DNA of 64,000 nucleotides from Octopus sinensis (taxonomy: Eukaryota), in assembly GCF_006345805.1 (NCBI RefSeq), contig NC_043000.1, forward strand, positions 12,462,001 to 12,526,000, read 5' to 3'. Both the position numbers and the translations under genes were made by a program. Shown piece after piece: positions 50,936 to 64,000 of this stretch; the first letter of the stretch is position 1; each line of letters opens with the position of its first letter. The notes below the pieces were generated by a model. The model saw only the letters and a list, made by a program, of their open reading frames with translations. It was not told where the DNA came from and searched no databases.

Positions 50936-51350
50936 ATTTCTTTACTACCCACAAGGGGCTACACACAGAGGAGATAAACAAGGACAGACAAACGGATTAA
51001 GTTGATTATATTGACCCCAGTGCGTAACTGGTACTTATTTAATTGAGCCTGAAAGGATGAAAGGCAAAGTCGACCTCGGTAGAATTTGAACTCAGAACGT
51101 AGCAGCAGATGAAATACCTATTTCTTTACTACCCACAAGGGGCTAAACACAGAGAGGACAAACAAGGACAGACAAATGGATTAAGTTGATTATATCGACC
51201 CTAGTGTGTAACTGGTACTTATTTAATCGACCCAGAAAGGATGAAAGGCAAGGTAGACCTCGGCAGAATTTGAATTCAGAACGTAGCGGCAGACGAAATA
51301 CTGCTAAGCATTTCGCCTAGCATACTAATATTTCTGCCAGCTCGCCACCT
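50936..51350 (-). mobile_element. Nin/Deu SINE dimer (head-body-body) inside a decayed CORE SINE
   Basis: Two bodies joined at gaaatag|gtatttc; approximate TSD agaag(c/t)aaactt. Confidence 0.82.
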
Positions 51351-51960
51351 ATGTAAGAAGTAAACTTCTTACCACACAGCTATGCCTATGCCTACTGTTG
51401 TAGTTGTTTAACTCCAGGCCTGTTCTGACTAAGAAGACCTACAAAGAAAAGTGCTCCCTGCTCCAGCCATGACCATCCTACACAGTTTTGTTTCATACAT
51501 GGTTTATCTAAGAGATCACAATCCAATATCTTACAACTTTTGTTTCAGTCATCAGACTTCAGTCCTGCTGGGACACCACCTTGAAGGATTTAGTCAGACC
51601 AACTGACCCTAGGACTTCTTTTTTGTTTGCTACTTATTCTATTAGTCTCTTTTGGTGAATTGCTAAGTTACAGGGATGTAAACAAGACAACACCAGTCAT
51701 CAAATACAAATACACATAAATACACACACACGTGGTGATGGTTGAAGTCAACCCGTGACTGAGTAAGACCACTTCTTAAACTCAGGAAGTTCATGCAACT
51801 GTTCCAAGAATCCAAGAATTTCCAGTGTATGAATCTGTTTTGAGTGGATAAAGTGTTGGACAGCACTGAACCCACCTTTCAACACCATGTCCAATAAGTT
51901 CACTGTCATCAATTCACCATTTTTCTTTCAATAAAATACGATAAGAATTTATTTTCATAT

Positions 51961-52032
51961 CGTATTTATCGCTGATGATGAGAAAATTCTAAATGAATTA
52001 ACTCAGAAATCGGGGCCGATCCAATAATAACG
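51961..52032 (+). ncRNA. Type I hammerhead ribozyme motif (AUC site)
   Basis: CUGAUGA; stem II UGAG/CUCA plus AAUUC/GAAUU; GAAAU CGG GG CCG AUC|; stem I partly mismatched. Confidence 0.65.
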
Positions 52033-52065
52033 AAATTTTTTAGAAATTTCTGTCTGCTTGCTTTC

Positions 52066-52384
52066 GAGACGCGTGCTTATAGTGATAAATTATCTGGTTA
52101 TTGACGATTTAATTCTATTTTCGGCATATTTGGCATTGGAATTTTTTTCTTTTGCCGTTGTTTATAAATTGTTTATAAATTTAACCTTTAAAGGTATTTT
52201 TTAATATGCTGGCCACTGATAGAATTTTTTCGAAAATTCTATCAGTGGCTAGCATATTAAAAAATACCTTTAAAGGTTAAATTTATAAACAAAGGCAAAA
52301 GAAAAAAATTCCAATGCCAAATATGCCGAAAATAGACTTAAATCGTCAATAACCATATAATTTATCACTATAAGCACGCGTCTC
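52066..52384. repeat. Fold-back palindrome, ~155-bp arms, next to a hammerhead (Penelope-like relic)
   Basis: gagacgcgtgcttatagtg ... cactataagcacgcgtctc; centre ttttcgaaaa. Confidence 0.92.
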
Positions 52385-52502
52385 AGAGACTGAAACAAAG
52401 ATATATATATATATAAATATATGTAGGTCCCGGGTTGAGTCGGGGTTAACCACAGTAAATAAGGTACTCAATACATAGCAGAGTAAATTAATTTATTTTA
52501 TA

Positions 52503-52560
52503 GAAGGAGCTTCTACAGGACTAGAACTGTTTCATTCAAAAGAATCATCAGGAAGGGCTT
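52503..52560 (-). ncRNA. Hammerhead motif (GUA site), left arm of palindrome
   Basis: CUUC-CUGAUGA-UUC UUUU GAA U-GAAAC AG...CU GUA|GAAG; 10.1/11.1 is U.U. Confidence 0.6.
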
Positions 52561-52610
52561 CCTGATGATTTCTTTTGAATGAAACAGTTCTAGTCCTGTA
52601 GAAGCTCCTT
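52553..52610 (+). ncRNA. Hammerhead motif (GUA site), right arm of palindrome
   Basis: Mirror copy; core 52562-52568, GAAAC 52581-52585, predicted cleavage after 52600. Confidence 0.6.
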
Positions 52611-52617
52611 CTATAAA

Positions 52618-52696
<79 letters not shown>

Positions 52697-53232
52697 GGCT
52701 TCTACACAGTTTCTACCAAACAAATTCGCCCAAGGTGGTGCCATGCAGTGGGACTGAACCAGAAACTACATGGTTGCAAAGATAACTTTTTAACTACACA
52801 TCCATGCTACGGTCTTTAATTCAATTCATTATTAAAAACAGTTGAGAGTAAATTTAATGGATAATTGACGGCTGATTTTAGCAGGTCAAGAGACAATGTT
52901 GAAGCTCCCTTACAAGGTTTTCATTGATAAATAGAAAATCGTTAATTGATGCAACAGCTGGGAGAATTAAAAGAGAGAGAGAGAGAGAGAGAGAGGGGGA
53001 GAGACAGCTTTGCTGGGGATGGGGGAGAGAGAGGAAGGGAGGTAACTCCCACTCATTCGAGCGACAAGTGAGATAATTGCTTCATCAACGTCTATTTATG
53101 GCTGTGACCTTCACCTTCGTTTGTTGTCCCAATCAAACGTTTCCTACTGTTGTGGTTGTTTGGGTATATTATTTTTTTTGTCCCCTGTCAATAGTTTCTA
53201 CAATTATGTCCTCCCTCCTCTAACTTCCATTT

Positions 53233-53288
<56 letters not shown>

Positions 53289-53429
53289 GTATGCATGTCT
53301 CTGTCAATCTCAAGCTGAACTTTAACTGCATTCACCATACCAGTATGGTGAGGGTGGGGACTCAGCAAAAAGCTGTCGGTATATTGCTACTCCTCACATT
53401 CATCTTCCTTCAGTCTTTGGACTGCAGCA

Positions 53430-53775
53430 TAGACACACACACACACACACACATAGACACACACACACACACATACACACACACACATACACAAGCAACT
53501 ACACACACATGCTCACAAACACCCACACACAATACATTCACACACAAGCAACCACACACGCACACACATGAACACAAACACCCCCACACACATATACAAA
53601 CAAGCAACCATACACATACACAAGCAACTACACATACACACACATGCACACAAACACCCATACACACACAAAAACAACAATACACACACATGCACACAAG
53701 CAACCACACACATACACAAACAACAATACACACACACACACACACACGCACAAGCAACCACACACACACAAGCAA

Positions 53776-53814
<39 letters not shown>

Positions 53815-54165
53815 ACAATACACACACCCATACACACACACAAACAACAATACACACACATGCACACAAGCAACCACACACACACACAAAAGCAACAATA
53901 CACACACACACACACGCACAAGCAACCACACACACACACAAGCAACTACACCCACACACAAACACCCACACACAAACACCCACACACACACACACACATG
54001 CACACAAACACCCTCACACATACACAAACAACCATACACACAAACACACACAAACAACTACATATTCAATCGATACACAGAGCATGCACACAAATGAACC
54101 CATTCAAACACTGCAATACAGAATACTCACAACAAAGAAAACACACACACACACACACACACTGT
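53430..54165. repeat. Compound (CA)-derived satellite
   Basis: cacacacaagcaaccaca / caacaatacacac units. Confidence 0.9.
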
Positions 54166-54371
54166 ACTGCATTGGCAGACCTTTGGTACTGTGGTAGATC
54201 TATAATAAAGACATACATCTATAGTAGAGTGATACATTTGCGAAGGTAGAACTATAGTGCAGTGGCAAATGTTTGGTACTCTACATAGATCTAAGACACT
54301 GTGGAGAGATCTATTTTACAAACATAGATCTATGGTAAAGCAGTAGAGGTACAGTCGGAAATCCAGGGTAT

Positions 54372-54578
54372 GACTTTCGGAAACATTTTTTCACGCTCAG
54401 AGTTGCTGAAGCATGGAATAAACTGCCTGCATCAGTTGTTGACTGCCATGACACTGCATCCTTTAAGGCTCTCATGCTTTCCGAAATCCGCCGAAACTAC
54501 ACCTGATTATATATACACTTTAGATGAGTTGTAGTGCACCTGAGCACTGTACACAATTATTATTATTATTATTATTAA
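54372..54578 (+). mobile_element. CR1/L2-like LINE 3' end with (ATT)n tail
   Basis: DFRKHFFTLRVAEAWNKLPASVVDCHDTASFKALML...*; near-identical copy at 61737-61931. Confidence 0.8.
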
Positions 54579-55037
54579 ATATACAGTATGGAGAGTGAAA
54601 ATTTTAGAATTATCCCTAACAGACCTTTAATCATTTAGCATTTAAACTGGAATGTGAAGGTGCATGGTTTAGTGGTTAGGGCATTTGGTTCGCGATTGTA
54701 AGGCCGTGTGTTTGATTCTCGGCTGTGCACTATATCATTGAACAAGACACTTATTCCGTGGATTAAGCTGCCGGACGAGATAGTGAAGATGCCGACGACC
54801 GCTCGGTTCAAAGTCTCCTTTACATGAACACCACCCTGTACATAACTCCATGTCCCCCTACATGGCCTTGCTTTTTGCTTTTTGAGCCAAAAAATTAACT
54901 AACTAACTAACTTTATTTCACGTTGCTCCACTCAGCTGGCAAAAAATGAGTGGTACCTGTATAGCAAAAAGAATCAGCCTTGTCACACTGACAATACATT
55001 TGACAATAATCTGAATGCTAAAGTGTTCAACTGATAT

Positions 55038-55264
55038 ACTCTTTACTCTTTTACTTGTTTCAGTCATTTGACTGCAGCCATGCTGGAGCACCGCCTTTAG
55101 TCGAGCAAATTGACCCTGGGACATATTCTTTGTAAGCCTAGTACTTATTCTATCAGTCACTTTTGCCGAACCGCTAAGTGACGGGGACGTAAACACACCA
55201 GCATTGGTTGTCAAGCAATGCTAGGGGGACAAACACAGACACACAAACATATACACACACATAC

Positions 55265-55299
<35 letters not shown>

Positions 55300-55472
55300 C
55301 ACATATATACGACAGGCTTCTTTCAGTTTCCGTCTACCAAATTGACTCACAAGGCTTTGGTCGGCCCGAGGCTATAGCAGAAGACACTTGCCCAAGATGC
55401 CACGCAGTGGGACTGAACCCGGAACCATGTGGTTGGTTAGCAAGCTACTTACCACACAGCCACTCCTGCGCC
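55038..55472 (-). mobile_element. CORE-like SINE
   Basis: Reverse-complement full-length family match. Confidence 0.85.
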
Positions 55473-56199
55473 TACTTATTTCTAGATTCCATTTGGGTTA
55501 TAGTGCAATGATAATGATGATGGTAGTCTCTCACTGTCCAAGAAAGACGGTTCTGCAATTTCTTGCTGAACAAACTGCACAGAGGATTTGTTCCTAGCGA
55601 TCGAATGTATGTGCTGTACATTAAGCTCACTCCCTCCATCAAACTGACAATGCCTGGACAGGTGTACAGTGTAACCACATGTCAGGTGTCAAAGTGGTCG
55701 CAGAGCAAAGTGAGATCAAGAATACAATGCACCACCCAGTCCAGGAACTGAAACCTTGATCTCAAGGTTATTAGTGTGACACCCTAACCACTAGACCATT
55801 CGCCTTGGGATCGTAGTAGACTAGTCATAGAAAAAGCATGGACATTTTGTGAGGGGTATAATGAGTAGCTCTTAGGACTCTTAGGCAGGGATATAGGGTA
55901 GCACTGAGAACGTTGTGTGGAGTACAATGTGATGGTGAAGAATATACTATGGATGTAAAAGCACCCACTACACTCTCAGAGTGGTTGGCGTTAGGAAGGG
56001 CATCCAGCTGTAGAAACTCTGCCAGATCAGATTGAAGTCTGGTGCAGACATCTGGTTCGCCAGACCTCAGTCAAATCGTCCAACCCATGCTAGCATGGAA
56101 AGTGGACGTTAAACAATGATGATGATCTTCTGTGAGGAGGTATAGTGTGGAAGTTTAAAGTATGATGCAAATGAGGTGTGCATGAGTTAGGGAGGGAGG

Positions 56200-56253
<54 letters not shown>

Positions 56254-57316
56254 GTGAGTGTGTGTGTAACAGTCTAGACATGTGTCAGGATATAGTGTGG
56301 CCATTAGAAAATGTTGTAAGGGACATGTGCAAAGACAAGACACGTTGTGTGTGTAGGGGATGTAGCGTAGTTGTGAAGACATGTGGGGACGGCGTAGTGT
56401 AGTTGTGAGCGGTGTGGTGAGATGTGTGTGCGTAGAAAGAACGTGTGTGTGAGATGTAATATGGTTGAGAAGACACAATGTATGGGATGTAGTATGGTGT
56501 GTGTGTGTGTGTATGTGTGATCAGGACATGTGTGAGGATGTAGAGTGGTTGTAAAGACATGCTGTGTGGAGCATAGCGTAGTGTAGTAGTTAAGACATGT
56601 TGTGTATGTTGTAGTGTGATAATGAGGACATGTGGGGTGGTTGTGAGGACGAGTTGTCTATGATAAGGTGTAGCAGTGAGAACTTGTTATATGCGGGGGT
56701 GTTGAGTGGGGGAGTGTTGTGTGGTGGTCAGGGCACGTTGGGCAGGTGTGGTGCAGTGGGATAACGAGGACGTGTTGTGTGGAGAGTTGGTAGCAGATTG
56801 TTTTTCCCCCCAATATCTCCTCACATATTAACAAACAGACCAAAATAGCCACAAATATCATCGAAACAATGACGATGATGACAACCACCACCACCACCAC
56901 CACCACCACCACCACCACCACCACCACCACCACCACCACCACCATAAACACTACTTCCACCACCACGACCACTACCAACAACACATTCAGTCTAATGTAT
57001 TGATTTCTAACATGAGCACAAAGGTCTCAATATTTTATATTTTTTGGGGAGGGTGGGGTGAGTGTGGGGGGGCAGTATAATCGATTATATCGATCCCCAG
57101 GATTTGACTGATACCTCACTGTTATATTCTGTCAGTTGGGTTTCAAACTGTAACCAATATGTCTTATGCGTTTTCGTATTGGAAATAGAAAAAGGAGAAC
57201 AAATAATACTGTCGTAGGAATTCAGACCAGGCAAAAAGGGATTAGCATTTTTAAAGGATTTAGATTATGAAAAAGGATTTAGGTTTAGTTTTATCCCTAA
57301 TGGTATTCTGAGTTGT

Positions 57317-58102
57317 AAGGCGGTGAGCTGGCAGAAACGTTAGCACACCGGGTGAAATGTGTAGCCGTATTTCGTCTGCCGTTACGTTCTGAGTTCAAAT
57401 TCCACCGAGGTCGACTTTGCCTTTCATCCTTTCGAGGTCGATAAATTAAGTACCAGTTATGCACTGGGGTCGATGTAATAGACTTAATCCGTTTGTCTGC
57501 CCTTGTTTGTCTCCTCTGTGTTTAGCCCCTTGTGGGCAGTAAAGAAATAGGTATTTCATCTGCCGTTACGTTCTGAGTTCAAATTCCGCCGAGGTCGACT
57601 TTGCCTTTCATCCTTTCGGGGTCGATAAATTAAGTACCAGTTACGCACTGGCGGTCGATGTAATAGACTTAATCTGTTTGTCTGTCCTTGTTTGTCCCCT
57701 GTGTTTGTAGCCCCTTGTGGGAGTAAAGAAATAGATATTTCGTTTGTCTTTACGTTCTGAGTTCAAATTCCGCTGAGGTCGACTTTGCCTTTCATCCTTC
57801 GGGGTCGATAAATTAAGTACCAGTTACGCACTGGCGGTCGATGTAATAGACTTAATCTGTTTGTCTGTCCTTGTTTGTCCCCTGTGTTTGTAGCCCCTTG
57901 TGGGAAGTAAAGAAATAGATATTTCGTTTGTCTTTACGTTCTGAGTTCAAATTCCGCTGAGGTCGACTTTGCCTTTCATCCTTTCGGGGTCGATAAATTA
58001 AGTACCAGTTATGCACTTGGGTCGATGTAATAGACTTAATCTGTTTGTCTGTCCTTGTTTGTCCCCTCTGTGTTTAGCCCCTTGTGGGCAGTAAAGAAAT
58101 AG
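57317..58102 (+). mobile_element. Nin/Deu SINE tetramer (one head + four ~184-bp bodies)
   Basis: Units start at 57317/57551/57735/57919; 15-bp TSD ggtat(t/a)ctgagttgt at 57302-57316 and 58102-58116. Confidence 0.9.
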
Positions 58103-59769
58103 GTATACTGAGTTGTTGAGGGGTTACAGCAATGTCCTGTAGTTAGTAGCTACACCACATCATCCCAAACAATTGTCCGATAGAATAAAGCAATACACGG
58201 TGTGCTTCCAAACTACAGCGAAACTCGATGTGTGAGGGATAATGCTGAGTATTTGATTGGATGTCTCCATCTCAAAAGACTGCCCGAGCAAGGCTGAACG
58301 AGGCTACTCTTAACAATAGCAATAACATGAAGCACACAATAACGAGTAAACACAACGACTTCCACCCATTACCACCTGTGATATGAAACATTTGTTTTTT
58401 TTTGTTTTTTAATACTAACTGTCCCACTCGATGAAATAACAAAACACTGCACCTCTCTGGCCATGTTTATAAATTCAGTTACAAACATTATCACCTACAC
58501 GTGAAAGAAATTCAGACTGCTGCACTATTATATCAATACAGAAATAACAAAGCATGGGTGTACACACACACACACACACACAGAGTATTCTTTGCTTCTT
58601 GCCTAAAAATCAATAGTCTACCAATCAGCAAACAGTCGACCATATCTTATTGATCTCCAGCCCGTGTTCATTATCAGCAGATTCCAAGCCAAATCTATAG
58701 AAATCAAAAGATGCCAGCTTGACATATTTTTCCAATGAAGCTCTCCCACAGAAAAGCTGTTACACAATGTTGACTCGCTTTGATATTTCAGCTTTGATAT
58801 CAGCCACAAGCTGTCTGCTTGATGAAACCCTAACAAGCAGTTATAGAGTTTATGGTCAGCTAACGCTTGCCTATGTACTGCCATGCCTCAGCTATCTGCA
58901 ATCTATATGTATAATAATAAGTATGTATACGTCTGTTGTAAGGGAGAGGGGTAAATGTGGTAGTGGAGGGAATGGGTGAGGAAATGGCTATGGAACTCTC
59001 TAGAGTCTTTTTGCTGAGTGATCTTAAAATGTTCAGTCTCTTGTGCCGGGCTTCAATAGGTAATTGTCATTAAAAATTAGAAGCTTACTGTTTTTGGTAT
59101 GTGTGCATGTGAGTGCATACTTCTGTGCGTGAGTATATATGAGTCGTTGTGCTTGTGCATGCGTGTGTATTCTACCGCAGAAGCATAAATGGATCAGCAT
59201 GGATACTCACACTACACTCAAAGAGCCATTCAGGGAGCCACTACATGATCACTTGGTCTGCTAGACATAGCCACCAAATTTCCCTTAAGTTACATTCCAA
59301 TGTTTCAAAAAAATAAAGGGAGCGCTGATTTGGATAAAAATAGTTCAAGACACTTTGTGTTGGAATAAAACCAGGGAATGGTCGAACTTGGAATGTCTGA
59401 GCAATTGGTCTGACTGATTATCTACACAGATCTGGGATGAAATAATTATCGTATTTGATGTATGAAAGATACACAGGTACATTACAAGCAACCCAATTTT
59501 AAAAGCACATATTCAGGAGAAAATGTTTTTAGGGCATCAAAGTTTATGGGAGGCCCAACTTTACATACAGGAACAGCAATGATTTTTTGAGAAATCCATC
59601 ATCATCATCATCACCATCACCATCATCGTTTAACATCCGCTTTCCATGCTGGCATGGTTTGGACGATTTGACTGAGGACTGGCGAACCAGATGGCTGCAC
59701 CAGGCTCCAATCTGATCTGGCAGAGTTTCTACAGCTGGATGCCCTTCCTAATGCCAACAACTCCAAGAG

Positions 59770-59802
<33 letters not shown>

Positions 59803-60945
59803 ACACACATATGTATTGCAGGTGCAGGCAGGCACGTGAGATTAAGAAGTTTGATTGGCAACCACACGATTCCAGGTTCAGTCTCACTGTGTACCACTTT
59901 GTGCAAGTGTCTTCTACTATAGTCCTGGGCCAACCAAAGCCCTGTGAGTGGATTTTGCAAATGAGAACTGTATGGAAGTGTGTATGTGTGTGCGCGTGCA
60001 TGCATGCATGTGTGGAACAAAGAAAGAGTAATTAACATTTGAGTTTGTGGTGTACTCTTTATAGCTAATATATAGCTAGGGATAGATGAGAACCCAGTGC
60101 TTGCTGTGAACCCCATTGTCTCCAAGTTGCAAAAATTGGATCAGAATGGTTCAATTTCCACTTGAGGGTCACGAAAAAATATTTCAAGTCTAAACCAGCT
60201 GTTGTTTCCATAAACAGCAAAAACATGCCCTACCCTACATTATGGCTTACACATCAAGGATACTGTATCCATTACAAACATACACACACATGCATGCACA
60301 CGCCATATGTCTACAGATTTGTTTACCTGATAGGTAACATAACACCAACAGACTACAAGAACTAACTAACTAACCCATAACAAACAAGAGAAACCTTTAC
60401 ATCAATGCTCGATTTCCCAAATTCACATCTCACCAACTTAAAAAAGAGAGGCATTTTAGATCAGTGTTTCTCAATCGGGGTCCATGTGACCTTTGGAGGT
60501 CCATATAAGATTTTGTTGTTAAAATCTATGAGCAACAAATTGGTTATACTTCCACACTACACAAAATATTTTAACAATTTTTAATACAATTCCTAATAAA
60601 TATTTTAATTATAAAGATATAATAAGATTTTCATCATCATTGTTTAACGTCTGCTTTCAATGCTATCATGGGCTGGACAATTTGACTGAGGACTGGCAAA
60701 CCAGATGGCTGCACCTGGCTCCAATCTGATCTGACAGACTTTCTACAGCTGGATGCCCTTCCTAACACTAACCACTCTGAGAGTGTAGTGGGTGCTTTTA
60801 CATGCCAACCACATGGTTTCAGGTTCAGTTCCACAGGGCAGCATATTGGGCAACTGTCTTCTACTTTAGCCCCAAGCCTTCTGAGTAAATTTGGTAGATG
60901 GAGACTGAGAGGCCCATCAAATATATATATATATATCAAATTTAG

Positions 60946-61490
60946 AGACAAACCACTAGCTAGATATTCCATCAATAGTGAAAAGATATAATCTATAATA
61001 ACCACATAGAAATTAATTAAATATCTGGTAATTATTATTCTAAAAATCTCATAACAAATCAAACGTTAAACTGACAATGTTAGATTGTAAGTTTAAAGTT
61101 TAAAATTTCTTTTAACGGTTTTCATCAATAAGATAAGTCATGTTTTTGCTTTACATTAATACTGTTAAATTTTATTAATTATTTACTGTAAATATACATA
61201 TATTTATTGTTTTATTATAATATCTAAATTTACTTACGTTATTTTTTTGATCTGAAGAGTGGTTAAATATTTTAAAATTGAATTAATATTAAATTTAAAA
61301 TTTTTTTAAAATTAAATTTTACTATTATTGATTTATATATTTAGTAATGAAACGTGCGTAGTCAATTTAACGTTTGATTTGTTATGAGATTTTTAGAATA
61401 ATAATTATCAGATATTTCATTAATTTCTACGTGGTTATTATAGATTATATCTTTTCACTATTGATGGAATAACTACATAGCGGTTTGTCT
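60946..61490. repeat. Inverted repeat, ~130-bp arms with an AT-rich spacer
   Basis: ttccatcaatagtgaaaagatataatc ... gattatatcttttcactattgatggaa. Confidence 0.85.
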
Positions 61491-61566
61491 ATATAGACAA
61501 TATATATAATATATTGTGAATTTTGATTTAGTGTGCTGAATTGAAATTTTGTTTTCCCTAACTATT

Positions 61567-61597
<31 letters not shown>

Positions 61598-61736
61598 GGG
61601 GAGAATTCACAAAAAAAAAACAAAAGGCGAAGACAAGTGGTGTAGACAACAAACAGATGTATTAGTTTAATGCTTGGGATGTGAAAAAGTCTTGGCTGGT
61701 ACTTAATTCATTGTCTTCAGATCGCCTGAAGGAGAA

Positions 61737-61931
61737 TCACGCTCAGAGTTGCTGAAGCATGGAATAAACTGCCTGCGTCAGTTGTTGACTGCCATGACAC
61801 TGCATCTTTTAAGGCCCTCATGCTTTCCGAAATCCGCCGAAACTACACCTGATTATATATACACTTTAGATGAGTTGTAGTGCACCTGAGCACTGTACAC
61901 AATTATTATTATTATTATTTTATTATTATTA
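61737..61931 (+). mobile_element. CR1/L2-like LINE 3' end, second copy
   Basis: Near-identical to 54391-54578. Confidence 0.8.
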
Positions 61932-64000
61932 TGTAGGAAGAAGGAAAAGACGAGTGAACAGAGTAAGAAGAAAAGACAAAAAGAGGACTAAGTTGATATT
62001 AGTGGTATTTGAACTCAGAATGTAAAGAACCAGAAGAAATGGCATTAGGTATTTTGCCCAGCACACTAGCACTTCTGCCAGAGTTTAATAATGGTTTCAA
62101 ATTTTGGCACAAGACCAGTAATTTTGGGGGAGATGGTAGATCAATTACATTGACCTCGGACAGCACTTGATTAACCACTGAGCAAAATAAGCACATACTT
62201 AGGGAATCAAGGGAAGAGGGGCACCATTGAATGGTAAATGGTTTAAGATACTAAAAAATCACTTTAAACTTGCTAAAATAACATTTGAACTGGTTTATGT
62301 GATTGGAAATATAATTTTGAAGTATTCATAGTGAAGATTTGATCAAAGGCTTCTCAATTAAAAAAAAGTAGGAGAAAACTTTTCAAATATAAATAAAATG
62401 GAAGTATAGAAAAATAAATATTATTTTCCATTTTACTGTTAGTTTCATTTCATTTTGAAAAACAAAAAATTTTTTTATGGTTTATTATTGCTTATAATTG
62501 AAATTAAGTAGATATGGCGGAATGTAAATTACATATATATGGTTTTCCGGTGGCACGTAAAAAGCACCGTTCAAGCGTCATCGTTACCAGCATCACCTTA
62601 CTGGCACTTGTGCCAGTAGCACGTGAAAAAACATTCAAGCGAGGTTGTTGCCAGTACTGTTGGACTGGCTCCTGTTCAGGTGGCATTTAAAAAACACCAT
62701 TTGAGTGTGGCTTTTACTAATACCACCTGACTGGCCCTCGTGCCAGTGGCACGGAAAAGCACCCACTACACTCTCGGAGTGGTTGGCATTAGGAAGGGCA
62801 TCCAGCTGTAGAAACTCTGCCAGATCAGGGTGGAGCCTGGTGCAGCCATCTAGTTCACCAGTCCTCAGTCAAATCGTCCAACCCATGCTAGCATGGAAAG
62901 CGGACATTAAACGATGATGATGATGATGATATGGTGGCACAAAAATCATTTAAATGCTTAGGGCTTTTATGGGTCTTAATCCAGCCATGACATCAGTAGT
63001 CAATTGGTGCTTATTTTATCTACCCTGAAAGGATGAAAGGTAAAGTCAACCTTGGCAGAATTTGAACTCAGATGGATGAATTGCTGCTAAGAATTTTGCT
63101 TAGTGTGGTAATGATTCTGCCAGAGTTTAATACCGACAATTATTTTGATAAATTCTTCATTATTTTGAAAATTAATCAAAGTGAAAATCGTGCATTTCCT
63201 TAGGAGTAATAAAAGAAGCAAAGATCATTGTGTCAGATGAGGCACCCTCTAAATGGTTGCTCTACTTATTAAACATAGCAGCCAAATCTCTCTCAAATCA
63301 CAGTCTGCCATCATCATTCTCATATCATCTTCATCATCATTCTCACACCATCTTCATTATTGTCACATCATCTTCACCATTGTCCTCACATCATCATCAT
63401 TTGATATCCACTTTTCCTTACTTGCATGGATCAGATGGAATTTAAAATGATGATGCAAAAATAATGATGATGATGAATGGGTTTGACAGGTTTGCTTGCT
63501 CTATAGTGTTCTCTTCTATAATGATGTTAAAACACCATTTCACCTAATCTGCCAGATCTGTCTCCTAGCTACTTTGTTCCAACACTTACTTCTGCAACTT
63601 CTAGCAGACATGTCTCCCTCCAGGAATTTAAAGCATCCAACTTATATTACATACATGTCTGTGCTATCACATAAACACATGCACACGAACACACACGTAC
63701 ACACACACACACACACATGCGTGCGCATGCACACACAGAGCTGAGCTCCCAAACAGACATCGGTCAACATCATCACTGCCCAGCCACTCAAGGGAGCAAT
63801 ATTGCCAGACACAGTCGAATAACACTGCAAATGGATATGAATTCCAGACAGCTGATGAGGAGGAATGTGAGACAGCATGGAATCTACCGGCAGCCATCAC
63901 ATGTGTATGTATGAATGAGAGTATGCATATGTATGTGTGTATAGTTGTATGTGTGAGTGTGTGTATGTATGTGATTGTACATGGCTGTATGTGTGTGTAG

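Noticed and set aside
53237-54249. 286/209/201-aa ORFs
   Set aside because: Same (CA)n satellite artefact
58618-58884. ORF with an LRR-like LISIDLAWNLL; another frame resembles a LINE RT tail
   Set aside because: Single weak motif, stops in the alternative frame, no splice support
63730-63905. Plus-strand peptide GYEFQTADEEECETAW resembling a PH C-terminus
   Set aside because: Wrong strand for ASAP, no convincing acceptor, spacing off, and the rest of the frame is not PH-like

Overview
AT-rich, repeat-dense animal genomic DNA, most likely an Octopus/coleoid cephalopod (inferred from its SINE and microsatellite landscape; no database was consulted). The window is almost entirely the interior of one minus-strand gene, an ASAP-family ArfGAP (BAR-PH-ArfGAP-ankyrin-Pro-rich). 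I assembled by hand 20 frame-consistent GT-AG exons (47863 down to 3270; 2076 nt). The N-terminal exons and the SH3 exon were not found and probably lie outside the window. The introns hold tRNA-derived SINEs (CORE-like, Nin/Deu-domain, V/Meta-like), RTE and CR1 LINE 3' ends, MITEs, minisatellites and long fold-back palindromes. Main observations: (1) six hand-folded hammerhead ribozyme motifs plus decayed copies, in Penelope-like relics, including two U3-A8 core variants and one inside a tRNA-headed element; (2) a candidate mutually exclusive exon pair (7059-7137 vs 5628-5793), each followed by a copy of the same ~117-nt intronic element with H/ACA-snoRNA-like boxes; (3) a Nin/Deu SINE that forms head-body-body multimers, often ends at GTAT targets, and is almost always sense to the host gene. 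No CRISPR array, rRNA or functional tRNA gene is supported.
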